64,000 bases of DNA from Candidatus Sericytochromatia bacterium (GTDB lineage Bacteria > Cyanobacteriota > Sericytochromatia > S15B-MN24 > UBA4093), in assembly GCA_036676985.1 (NCBI GenBank), contig JAKFBU010000026.1:1-64000 (forward strand). The letters are read 5' to 3'. Below the pieces are notes generated by a model. That model made no database searches. It was not told the DNA's origin and was given only the letters and a program-made list of their open reading frames with translations. Of this stretch, positions 36,202 through 45,019 are shown in pieces; the first letter of the stretch is position 1, and each line of letters opens with the position of its first letter. The position numbers and the translations under genes are program-made.

Positions 36202-37089
36202 TTGGTTCTGGTCGAGTCCGTCGCGGACCTTCGCTCGGCCCTGGCGTCGCTGCCGGGGCCCGTCGGCTTCGTGCCCACCATGGGGGCCCTGCATCCGGGC
36301 CATGCCAGCCTCATGCGCCAGGCCCGGCAGGAGTGCCGGACGGTCGTCGTCTCCGTCTTCGTGAACCCCAAGCAGTTCGGCCCCAAGGAGGACTTCGCGC
36401 GCTATCCGCGCGATCTGGCGGGGGATGCGGCCGTTTGCGCCCAGGCGGGCGTCGACGTGGTGTTCGTGCCGGCGGTGGACGAGGTCTACCCCCCGGGCTT
36501 CGCCACCGAGGTCGCGGTGGGCCCCGCGCTCACGGACAAGCTGTGCGGCCACTACCGCCCCGGCCACTTCACGGGCGTGACGACGGTGGTCGCCAAGCTC
36601 TTCAACCTGGTGCGCCCGGACCGCGCCTACTTCGGGCAGAAGGACTTCCAGCAGTGCCGGGTCCTCGCGCAGATGGTCCGGGACCTGGCCATGCCCCTCG
36701 AGCTGGTGCGCTGCCCGACGGTGCGCGAGCCAGACGGCCTCGCCCTCAGCAGCCGCAACCGCTACCTGGCTCCCGAGGAGCGGGAATCGGCCCTGCGTCT
36801 GTCGGCGGCCCTGGGGATCCTGGTGGCCTCCCACGAGCCGGGCCGTCCGGTGGCCCCCGCGCTCGAGCGCGCCCGCGCCTACCTGGCGGCGGACCCGCAG
36901 GTGAGGCTGCAGTACTTCGAGGTGGTCGAGGAAGGCTCGCTGGAGCCTGCCCACGTCTTCGGGCCGGGGCAGGTCGCCCTTGTTGCCGCGCACGTGGGGC
37001 ATACCCGCCTCATCGACAACGCCCTCTTGGATCCGGCCGGTCCCGATCGCGACCTGGCCGCCCGTGCCCCAAAGGAGATCCTGAGTTGA
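36202..37089 (+). CDS. panC: Pantoate--beta-alanine ligase
   Basis: FVPTMGALHPGH, VFVNP.QF, RPGHFTGV, FGQKDFQQ, REPDGLALSSRN, RLIDN; TTG start after GGAGG. Confidence 0.96.
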   Translation: MVLVESVADLRSALASLPGPVGFVPTMGALHPGHASLMRQARQECRTVVVSVFVNPKQFGPKEDFARYPRDLAGDAAVCAQAGVDVVFVPAVDEVYPPGFATEVAVGPALTDKLCGHYRPGHFTGVTTVVAKLFNLVRPDRAYFGQKDFQQCRVLAQMVRDLAMPLELVRCPTVREPDGLALSSRNRYLAPEERESALRLSAALGILVASHEPGRPVAPALERARAYLAADPQVRLQYFEVVEEGSLEPAHVFGPGQVALVAAHVGHTRLIDNALLDPAGPDRDLAARAPKEILS

Positions 37090-37763
37090 AATCCCTCGTC
37101 ATCGCCATCGACGGTCCCGCCGGAGCGGGCAAGAGTACCGTCTCCCGCCGCGTGGCCCGCCAGCTGGGACTCCTGTTCCTCGACACCGGGGCCATGTATC
37201 GGGCTCTCACCTGGAAGGCCCTCCGGGTCGGTCTGGACCTCTCGGACGAGCCGGCGCTCGCCAGGCTCGCCGAGGAGAGCCGCATCGAGCTCTTGCCTGG
37301 CGAGGAGGGCGATCGCGTCTGCATCGACGGCACCGATGTCACCGAGGCCATCCGGACTCCCGAGGTGACCGGGCGTGTCTCCGAGGTGGCCAAGGTGTCG
37401 GCGGTGCGTGCACACCTGGTCAGCCTGCAGCAGGCCATGGGCAAGGCCGGCGGAGTGGTGGCCGAAGGTCGAGACATCGGGACGGTGGTGTTCCCCCATG
37501 CCGACCTCAAGATCTTCCTGGTGGCGAGCCCGCGCGAGCGGGCGCGCCGGCGCGCCCGTGACCTCGAGAAGGCGGGCCATGCGGTCGACCTGGCGGCCCT
37601 CGAGGCAGATATCCAGCGCCGCGACGACATCGACTCCAACCGCGAGCACTCCCCGCTCAAGCCGGCCGAGGACGCCGTCCTGCTCGACAGCGACCACCTG
37701 ACGGCCGACGAGGTGGTGACGGCCATCCTGGAGCGCGCCCGCGCCCTGCAGGCCCAGGCCTAG
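37086..37763 (+). CDS. cmk: Cytidylate kinase
   Basis: IAIDGPAGAGKST, LDTGAMYR, EGRDIGTVVFP, RD..DS.R..SPL; TTG start overlaps the panC stop (TTGA). Confidence 0.96.
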   Translation: MKSLVIAIDGPAGAGKSTVSRRVARQLGLLFLDTGAMYRALTWKALRVGLDLSDEPALARLAEESRIELLPGEEGDRVCIDGTDVTEAIRTPEVTGRVSEVAKVSAVRAHLVSLQQAMGKAGGVVAEGRDIGTVVFPHADLKIFLVASPRERARRRARDLEKAGHAVDLAALEADIQRRDDIDSNREHSPLKPAEDAVLLDSDHLTADEVVTAILERARALQAQA

Positions 37764-38288
37764 CCAATCGAAATTTAATCGAGAGCGAGCCGGGCTCAAA
37801 CGGGAGCGACACGGGGCGTTTACACGCCTCGGCTACGGTAAGAGGGTCGGTGACCCCGGGACGCGGGTGGGAAGTACAAAGCACTTCTGCGTCTGGCCCG
37901 GTCGGGCGTCGATGGTCGAGCGGAGCCCCCGGCGGGGGACGCGCGTTCCGCGTCAGCGGCTGATGGCGCGCACCGCATGCGACCGGCGTCGGCGAAAGTC
38001 GGCGGGCTTGAGGGGGCGCGGCCGCTTGCCGCGCCCCTTCGCGTGTCTTGTGTCGCGGGCCACTCGCTTGGCTGCTGAAAAGGTGACATAATTAGCGCAG
38101 GAAGTTGTTTCATACCGTCGGATTGCGACGTTTAAGACGGGCAGGCTTGTTAAGGGACCCCACTGACGGGTATGATGGCGTCGTGAAGATGCGGACCACG
38201 GTTGGTTCGTCACCATGCAGGGAACGCTCCAGACCAGGGACGGTGGGAGGACCCCTTAGTTGCTCCGTGGGCCGAGGAGGTTCCATCC

Positions 38289-38711
38289 TTGCTGGACAAG
38301 CTTTTTAGCGGTGCTCCAGACGTCATGGCCAAGGCCATGGACGGACTGTCGACGCGCCAGAAGGCGATCGCCGAGAACATCGCCAACGCGGACACCCCTC
38401 ACTACAAACGGTTCGAGGTGGCCTACGAGGGCCAGCTCAAGCGCGCCATCTCCCAGCCCGGCGCCTTCGAGGTCCCGATGGCGACATCCCACCCCATGCA
38501 CATCCGCCTCGACGGCCCCCAGAGCCTCGAGGAGTTCCAGGCGGTGGTGAGCCGTTCGACCGAGAACACCATGCGCAACGACGGCAACAACGTCGACATC
38601 GACGCGGAGATGACCCGCCTCGCGCAGACCAGCATCACCTACAACGCCATGGCCGACCTGATGAAGCGCAGCATGGAAGGCCTCAAGACCGTCATCCGCG
38701 GTACGGCCTAA
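38289..38711 (+). CDS. flgB: Flagellar basal-body rod protein FlgB
   Basis: RQ..IA.NIANADTP.YK, RNDGNNVDID.EM. Confidence 0.95.
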   Translation: MLDKLFSGAPDVMAKAMDGLSTRQKAIAENIANADTPHYKRFEVAYEGQLKRAISQPGAFEVPMATSHPMHIRLDGPQSLEEFQAVVSRSTENTMRNDGNNVDIDAEMTRLAQTSITYNAMADLMKRSMEGLKTVIRGTA

Positions 38712-38722
38712 GGAGGTAGCAG

Positions 38723-39127
38723 ATGAGCACGTTCGATGCCCTGAACACCAGCGCCAGCGCCCTGACGGCCCAGCGCCTCCGCATGGACACCATCGCGAGC
38801 AACCTCGCCAACGCCAACACCACCCGTACGGACAAGGGCGAGGCCTACCGGCGCGAGATGGTGGTCTTCGAGTCCAAGCAGCCCACCAAGCCGGGGGCGG
38901 CCTCGGGCGGCGTGCAGGTCGCGGGCATCATCGAGGACCAGTCGCCCTTCAAGATGGTCTACGACCCCGAGCACCCGGACGCCAACGAGCAGGGCTACGT
39001 CGCCTATCCGAACGTCAATCCCATCACGGAGATGACGGACCTCATCTCGGCCACGCGCTCGTACGAGGCCAACGTGACCGTCGTGCAGGCCCTCAAGAGC
39101 GCCGCCGGCAAGGCTTTGGAGATTTAA
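38723..39127 (+). CDS. flgC: Flagellar basal-body rod protein FlgC
   Basis: SASAL.AQR.RM..IA.NLANA.TT, YDP.HPDA...GYV.YPNV, RSYEAN. Confidence 0.97.
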   Translation: MSTFDALNTSASALTAQRLRMDTIASNLANANTTRTDKGEAYRREMVVFESKQPTKPGAASGGVQVAGIIEDQSPFKMVYDPEHPDANEQGYVAYPNVNPITEMTDLISATRSYEANVTVVQALKSAAGKALEI

Positions 39128-39133
39128 CGGCAC

Positions 39134-39574
39134 ATGGCAGGCCTTCCTCCTTTCATTTCCCTTCCCGGCGCTCCGGGGCTCGGCTTCGGAATCACCCTTC
39201 CCAAGGTGACGCCCGACGAGCAGCGCAGCGAGTTCAACCAGATCTACGACGGCCTCAAGGCCCCTCAGCTGGGCATCGAGCTGCCCGTTCCGCCGGCCAA
39301 GTCCCTGGAGATGCCGTCCGTCGCCGTCCAGGCGCCGGGGGCCGCCCAGGGCATCCAGGATCTCGGTAAGCCGCTCGGGGCCTTCCTCGACAGCGTCAAC
39401 CACCTCCAGCTCCAGAGCTCCGAGCTTCGCAAGGAGCTCGCCACCGGAGGCGACGTGGAGCTGCACGACGTGATGATCGCCGCGGAGAAGGCGGGCATCG
39501 CCGTGAACCTGACGATGCAGGTGCGCAACAAGCTCGTGGAGGCCTACCACGAAATCATGAGAATGAGCGTCTAG
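39134..39574 (+). CDS. fliE: Hook-basal body protein FliE with N-terminal extension
   Basis: LHDVMIA.EKA....QVRNKLVEAY.EIMRM. Confidence 0.93.
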   Translation: MAGLPPFISLPGAPGLGFGITLPKVTPDEQRSEFNQIYDGLKAPQLGIELPVPPAKSLEMPSVAVQAPGAAQGIQDLGKPLGAFLDSVNHLQLQSSELRKELATGGDVELHDVMIAAEKAGIAVNLTMQVRNKLVEAYHEIMRMSV

Positions 39575-39584
39575 TCTTACCTCG

Positions 39585-41189
39585 ATGAACGACTTCCTCA
39601 AGCAGCTCCAGCAAGACGTCATTCGCATCTGGACCGGGTTGACCCGGACCCAGCAGATCGTGTTCGGCGCGGTCGCCGCCGCGAGCGTGGCGGCCATCGT
39701 CATGCTCGTCCTCTGGGCGCAGACCCCCGAGTGGTCCCCGCTCTTCACCAACCTCGACAACGCCGACGCCGGCCAGGTCGTCGAGAAGCTGAAGGAGCAG
39801 AAGGTTCCCTATCAGATCTCGGGCTCGGCCATCATGGTGCCCAAGAGCAAGGTCCACGAGCTGCGGCTCGCCATGGCCTCCGCGGGCCTGCCGCAGGGCG
39901 GTACCGTGGGCTTCGAGATCTTCGACAAGAACCAGTTCGGCATGACCGACGCCCTCCAGAAGCTCAACTACCAGCGGGCGCTGCAGGGCGAGCTGGTGCG
40001 CACCGTCACCTCCCTGGACGGCGTCGAGAGCGCCCGGGTCCACCTGGTGATCCCGGAGAAGGACCTGTTCTCGGACAGCGCCCAGGAGCCCTCGGCGGCG
40101 GTCGTCATCAAGCTCAAGGCCGGCGCCCGCCTCACGCCCGAGCAGGCCAAGACCATCACCCACCTGGTGGTCAAGAGCGTGGAGGGCCTCAAGGACTCCA
40201 ACGTCGTCATCACGGACGTGGACGGCCGCAACTACACCGAGGAGCTGGGCCTCGGCCGGGACGACAGCATGGCGTCGCCCGAGCTGACCTTGAACCAGCT
40301 CGAGATCAAGAAGCAGATCGAGGGCGGCCTGCGCAAGAACCTCCAGTCCACCCTGGACCGGGTGCTCGGCCCCAACAACTCGGTGGTCACGGTGGCGGCC
40401 GACCTGGATTTCAGCCAGGAGGAGACGAACCAGGAGACCTACGCTCCGGTCATCCGCAACCAGGACGGCTCGGGCACTGGCATCCTGCTCTCCACCAAGG
40501 AGCTGCACGAGCGCTACGACGGCTCAGGCAAGGCCAACGGCGGCGTGCCGGGCGTGACCTCGAACATCAACGCGGGCGCCAACGCGAGCCTGCCGACGTA
40601 CCAAGCGTCGGAGTCCGCGGGGGCCGGCAGCTACACCAAGGACGACGTGGTCCGCAACTACGTCCCCAACAAGGAAGTGAAGCGCAAGATCAAGGCCCCG
40701 GCCGAGATCAACCGCCTGTCGGTGGCCGTGGTGGTCAACGGCGAGCTGGAGCCGCAGCAGCTGACGGATCTCAAGCAGATGATCTCGGCGGCGGCGGGCA
40801 CGGACCTCGCCCGCGGCGACACGGTCGTCGTGACGGCCCAGAAGTTCAACGACACGGTCCAGAAGGCCGAGGAGATGGAGCTCGCCAAGCTCAAGAACCA
40901 GGAGCAGCTCCAGGGCTACCTGAAGATCGGCATCGGCCTCCTGATCGGCATCATCGCCCTGGTGCTCCTGCGTCGCGGCCTCGCGGGCAAGCAGGAGCCC
41001 TTCGACGACGGGCCGCTCAGCCTCGAGGGCTTCGACGTGGACGGCCGCCTCGCGCCGCCGGTGGCCATCGGGACCATCGGCGAGGACGACCGCAAGACCC
41101 ACCTGCAGAAGGAGATCACCAAGGTCGTCAAGCAGCAGCCCAATGACGTGGCGAAGCTGTTGCGGTCCTGGATGATCGAGGACGACTAA
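39585..41189 (+). CDS. fliF: MS-ring protein FliF
   Basis: VGFEIFD...FGMTD, YQRALQGEL.RT, ARVHLV, RLSVAVVV; two TMs. Confidence 0.97.
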   Translation: MNDFLKQLQQDVIRIWTGLTRTQQIVFGAVAAASVAAIVMLVLWAQTPEWSPLFTNLDNADAGQVVEKLKEQKVPYQISGSAIMVPKSKVHELRLAMASAGLPQGGTVGFEIFDKNQFGMTDALQKLNYQRALQGELVRTVTSLDGVESARVHLVIPEKDLFSDSAQEPSAAVVIKLKAGARLTPEQAKTITHLVVKSVEGLKDSNVVITDVDGRNYTEELGLGRDDSMASPELTLNQLEIKKQIEGGLRKNLQSTLDRVLGPNNSVVTVAADLDFSQEETNQETYAPVIRNQDGSGTGILLSTKELHERYDGSGKANGGVPGVTSNINAGANASLPTYQASESAGAGSYTKDDVVRNYVPNKEVKRKIKAPAEINRLSVAVVVNGELEPQQLTDLKQMISAAAGTDLARGDTVVVTAQKFNDTVQKAEEMELAKLKNQEQLQGYLKIGIGLLIGIIALVLLRRGLAGKQEPFDDGPLSLEGFDVDGRLAPPVAIGTIGEDDRKTHLQKEITKVVKQQPNDVAKLLRSWMIEDD

Positions 41190-41191
41190 GC

Positions 41192-42205
41192 ATGGCCAAG
41201 GCGCAATCGCTCAGCGGAAAGCAAAAGGCGGCGGCCCTGCTCGTGGCCCTCGGCCCCGAGACGGCTGGTACGCTCCTCAAGTACATCGGCTCGACCGAGG
41301 ACATCGAGATGCTGACCCTCGAGGTCGCGAACCTCGGCAAGCTCCCTCCGGAGACGACCGAGGAGATCCTCGAGGAGTTCTATCACGTCCTCCAGGCCAA
41401 CCAGTACATCAGCACGGGCGGCGTCCAGTACGCCCGCGAGGTTCTGACCAAGGCCCTGGGCGCCGACAAGGCCGAGGAGATCCTGCATCGCCTCTCGGAG
41501 AGCCTGACGGCCCTGCCGTTCGAGTTCATCCGGCAGGCGGATCCCATGCAGATCCTCAACTTCATCCAGAACGAGCACCCGCAGACCATCGCCCTCATCC
41601 TCGCCTACATGCGCGCGGAGCAGGCGGCCCTGGTGGTCTCGGGCCTGCCCAGCGAGCTGCAGACGGACGTCGCCACCCGCATCGCCCAGATGGACCGCAC
41701 CACGCCGGCGGTGCTGCGCGAGGTGGAGAAGGTCCTCGAGCGCAAGTTCTCGGCGGTCATGAGCCAGGACTTCACCAACGCGGGCGGCATCAAGGCGCTC
41801 GTGGCCATGCTCAACTCGGTCGACCGCGGCACGGAAAAGACGATCCTCGAGTCGCTCGAGGAGCAGAACCCGGACCTCGCCGAGGAGATCAAGAAGCTCA
41901 TGTTCGTCTTCGAGGACATCGTCATCCTCGACGACCGCTCGATCCAGCGCGTGCTGCGCGAGGTCGACACCAAGGAGCTGGCGCTGGCGCTCAAGGGCTC
42001 CAACGAAGAGGTACGAACCAAGGTCTTCAAGAACATGTCGGAGCGCATGGGCAAGATCGTCCGCGACGAGCTGGACTACATGGGCCCGGTGCGCGTGCGC
42101 GACGTGGAGGAAGTCCAGCAGAAGATCGTGTCGATCATCCGCTCCCTGGAGGAGCGCGGCGAGATCATCGTGGCGCGCGGCGGCGGCGACGAGCTCCTCA
42201 GCTAG
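41192..42205 (+). CDS. fliG: Motor switch protein FliG
   Basis: LSG.QKAA.LL..LG, EHPQTIA, MFVFEDI, NMSER, GPVR. Confidence 0.98.
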   Translation: MAKAQSLSGKQKAAALLVALGPETAGTLLKYIGSTEDIEMLTLEVANLGKLPPETTEEILEEFYHVLQANQYISTGGVQYAREVLTKALGADKAEEILHRLSESLTALPFEFIRQADPMQILNFIQNEHPQTIALILAYMRAEQAALVVSGLPSELQTDVATRIAQMDRTTPAVLREVEKVLERKFSAVMSQDFTNAGGIKALVAMLNSVDRGTEKTILESLEEQNPDLAEEIKKLMFVFEDIVILDDRSIQRVLREVDTKELALALKGSNEEVRTKVFKNMSERMGKIVRDELDYMGPVRVRDVEEVQQKIVSIIRSLEERGEIIVARGGGDELLS

Positions 42206-42217
42206 GTGTAGGACGGC

Positions 42218-43018
42218 ATGACCCGGATCATCAAGAGCGATCAGACGCGCTGGGTCGACGGCAAGTGGCTGGTGACGGCCACGCCGCAGGCCGATTCGTT
42301 CGTGCCCGACGGCGCGGAGCCCGAGGCTCCGCCCATCGACCCCGCCGTGCTCCTCGCCGAGGCCGAGGCCAAGGTGCAGGCCATGCTCATGGCCGCCGAG
42401 GAGAAGGTCCAGGCGATCGCCGAGGAAGCCCGCCAGATGGGCTACCAGGAAGGCCTCGCCCGCGGTCGCGAGGAGGCCTACGCCCAGGGGCTCTCCCAGT
42501 GGCAGGGGCAGATGGCCGCCTTCCAGGCGGAAGCCGAGAGCTTCCTGGCCCGGCGTGAGGCCCTCTTGACCGAGGCCGAGCCGGACCTCGTCCGGCTGAG
42601 CCTCATGATCGCCAGCAAGATCCTGACGCGCGAGCCCAAGGACGCCAACCTGATCAGAGGGCTGGCAGCGGCGGCGATCGCCCGCCTCAACGGCGAGACC
42701 GTCGTGCGCGTGCGCCTGAACCCGCAGGACGCCGGCAAGCTCAACAACCCCCTGCAGGGACCGCCCAAGTTCGAGGTGGTCGCCGATGCCGAGATCGGGG
42801 CCGGCGGCGTCGTCGTTGAGACCCAGACAGGACGCGTCGATGCGACCTTCGCGAGCCAGTTCGAGGAGATCGTGCGCTCGGTGCTCGAGACCGAGGCCGA
42901 GAACGATCCGGCCATGAAGGGTGCCGCGGGCGACCTGCGCAAGGTGCCCCCGGCGCCGACCAAGGGCGGCGCCCGCGCTCCGATGGGCGGCTTCGGACCC
43001 GGAGGGTTCGGACGGTGA
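42218..43018 (+). CDS. fliH: Flagellar assembly protein FliH
   Basis: GYQEG..GREE repeats, LNP.D, GG.VVET..G.VDA; lies between fliG and fliI. Confidence 0.9.
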   Translation: MTRIIKSDQTRWVDGKWLVTATPQADSFVPDGAEPEAPPIDPAVLLAEAEAKVQAMLMAAEEKVQAIAEEARQMGYQEGLARGREEAYAQGLSQWQGQMAAFQAEAESFLARREALLTEAEPDLVRLSLMIASKILTREPKDANLIRGLAAAAIARLNGETVVRVRLNPQDAGKLNNPLQGPPKFEVVADAEIGAGGVVVETQTGRVDATFASQFEEIVRSVLETEAENDPAMKGAAGDLRKVPPAPTKGGARAPMGGFGPGGFGR

Positions 43019-44322
43019 GCATGCTCGGGCCTTACCTCGATCGAGTGGCGGGCCTGGACCCGGTGCGCAAAGAAGGCAAGGTTGCTCAGGTGGTGGGCCT
43101 CGTGGTCGAGAGCTTCGGCCCCCAGGCGAGCCTCGGAGAGCTGTGCCGGATTTCCCTGGGCATGGGGCGTCCGGCTCTCATGGCCGAGGTGGTCGGCTTC
43201 CGCGACGATCGCATTCTTCTGATGCCCCTGGGCCCCCTGGAGGGCGTGCGTCCCGGTACGCCCGTGGTGGCGACCGGTGAGATGCTCGGCGTCCGGGTGG
43301 GTCCAGAGCTCCTGGGTCGGGTGATCGACGGCCTCGGCAACCCCATCGACGGCAAGGGGCCCTTGCGGGCGAAACAGCGGGCGCCTCTGGACGCCAACCC
43401 GCCCAACCCCCTCACGCGCATGCGCATCCACGAGCCGTTGCCCCTGGGCGTGCGGGCCATGGATAGCCTGCTCACCTGCGGCAACGGGCAGCGCATCGGC
43501 ATCTTCGCGGGCTCGGGCGTCGGCAAGTCGACGCTCCTCGGCATGATCGCGCGCAACGCCAAGGCCGACCTCAACGTCATCGCGCTCATCGGCGAGCGAG
43601 GCCGCGAGGTGCGGGAGTTTCTCGAGCGCGACCTCGGCCCCGAGGGCCTGGCGCGCTCGGTGGTGGTGGTCGCGACATCGGACCAGCCTGCTCTGCAGCG
43701 TCTCAAGGGGGCGTTCGTGGCGACGGCGATCGCCGAGTACTTCCGGGACCAGGGCGCCAACGTGATCATGATGATGGACTCGGTGACGCGCTTCGCCATG
43801 GCCCAGCGCGAGGTGGGGCTGGCGGTCGGCGAGCCGCCCGCCACCAAGGGCTACACGCCCTCGGTCTTCGCCCTGTTGCCGCGCCTATTGGAGCGCTCGG
43901 GCACCTCGGACGTGGGTGCCATCACGGCCCTCTACACGGTGCTCGTCGAGGGCGACGACACCAACGAGCCCATCGCCGACACGGTGCGCGGTATCCTGGA
44001 CGGCCACGTGGTGCTGTCGCGCGATCTGGCAGCCCAGAATCATTACCCGGCCATCGACGTCCTGGGCTCGGTCTCGCGCGTCATGACCGAGATCGTGCCC
44101 GGCGAGCACCTGGGGGCCGCGGGCAAGCTCCGCGAGACGCTCGCGGTCTACCGGGAGGCCCGGGACCTCATCAACATCGGCGCCTACGCCAAGGGCTCCA
44201 ACCCCTCCATCGATCGGGCCATCGAGCGGATCGATAGCGTGAACGCTTTCTTGCGGCAGGGGGTGTACGAGCCGTCGCCCTTCGAGGAGACGATTGGAGC
44301 GCTGCAGGGGTTGTTCGAGTAG
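43015..44322 (+). CDS. fliI: Flagellar export ATPase FliI
   Basis: GIFAGSGVGKS, LIGERGREV, MDSVTRFA, GEPPATKGYTPS, ILDGH. Confidence 0.98.
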   Translation: MSMLGPYLDRVAGLDPVRKEGKVAQVVGLVVESFGPQASLGELCRISLGMGRPALMAEVVGFRDDRILLMPLGPLEGVRPGTPVVATGEMLGVRVGPELLGRVIDGLGNPIDGKGPLRAKQRAPLDANPPNPLTRMRIHEPLPLGVRAMDSLLTCGNGQRIGIFAGSGVGKSTLLGMIARNAKADLNVIALIGERGREVREFLERDLGPEGLARSVVVVATSDQPALQRLKGAFVATAIAEYFRDQGANVIMMMDSVTRFAMAQREVGLAVGEPPATKGYTPSVFALLPRLLERSGTSDVGAITALYTVLVEGDDTNEPIADTVRGILDGHVVLSRDLAAQNHYPAIDVLGSVSRVMTEIVPGEHLGAAGKLRETLAVYREARDLINIGAYAKGSNPSIDRAIERIDSVNAFLRQGVYEPSPFEETIGALQGLFE

Positions 44323-44344
44323 TGGAAGGCCGGGGACGATTAAC

Positions 44345-44490
44345 GAGGAGGACCCCCCCTCCCCCCCCTCTAGAGGGGGGGAAGATCATATCCAGGTGGG
44401 GGGCAGGGCTGCTTTGTCGGATCTTGGGTGTGATCTCCCATCCCGCGGGCTTCCCCCCCTCGAGAGGGGGGGCTAGGGGGGGTACTCCTT
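44345..44490. mobile_element. MITE/REP-like element with C-run/G-run palindromic ~40-bp inverted ends between fliI and fliJ
   Basis: Left GAGGAGGACCCCCCCTCCCCCCCCTCTAGAGGGGGGGAAG; reverse complement of right AAGGAGTACCCCCCCTAGCCCCCCCTCTCGAGGGGGGGAAG. Confidence 0.7.
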
Positions 44491-44958
44491 ATGCCTAAGG
44501 GCTTCAAGTTCCGCCTACAAACCGTCCTCGACCTGGCTGAGCGCGTGCAGGACCAGAAGGCCCAGCTCATGGGCGCCGCCGAGGCCCGCCGCCAGTCCGT
44601 CATCGACGTCCTCGAGAACCTGCTCCGGAACGAGGCCACCCTGCGCAGCGACCTGCTGAAGGCCCAACAGTCGGGCGTCCTCGATCTGCAGGCCATCCAG
44701 ATGAGCCTGCAGTTCCTCGACAACCTCGCCGAAAGGGTGGTCGGGCAGCGAGCCGCGCTGGCCAAGGTCGACGAGGAGGTGGAGGCGGCCCGGGCCGAGC
44801 TCATGGAGGCCGCCCAGAAGGTGCAGGTCCTTCAGAAACTCAAGGACAAGGCGCGGGCGGACTACAACCGCGAGGTCGACCGCCAGGAGGCCAAGTTCAT
44901 CGACGAGATCGCCACCGTGCGATTTGTTCGTCAGGGCTCCCTCAACTTTGGGGAATAG
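44491..44958 (+). CDS. fliJ: Flagellar export chaperone FliJ
   Basis: FKFRLQ.VL.L, coiled coil, E.K.IDE; follows fliI. Confidence 0.9.
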   Translation: MPKGFKFRLQTVLDLAERVQDQKAQLMGAAEARRQSVIDVLENLLRNEATLRSDLLKAQQSGVLDLQAIQMSLQFLDNLAERVVGQRAALAKVDEEVEAARAELMEAAQKVQVLQKLKDKARADYNREVDRQEAKFIDEIATVRFVRQGSLNFGE

Positions 44959-45019
44959 CCGCCGATGATGGGATCGGAAGGCCTGTAGAAGCGGGCCTTC
45001 GCCATCGAGGAGGTACCCC

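Noticed and set aside
36333-37763. 476-aa ORF suggesting a PanC-Cmk fusion or frameshift
   Set aside because: Its N-terminal part is an off-frame read of panC; cmk has its own TTG start with an AAGGAG RBS.
37764-38288. c-di-GMP-I riboswitch upstream of flgB
   Set aside because: A GAAA tetraloop is present, but the GGCAAAC...GACGCAAAGC signature is absent.
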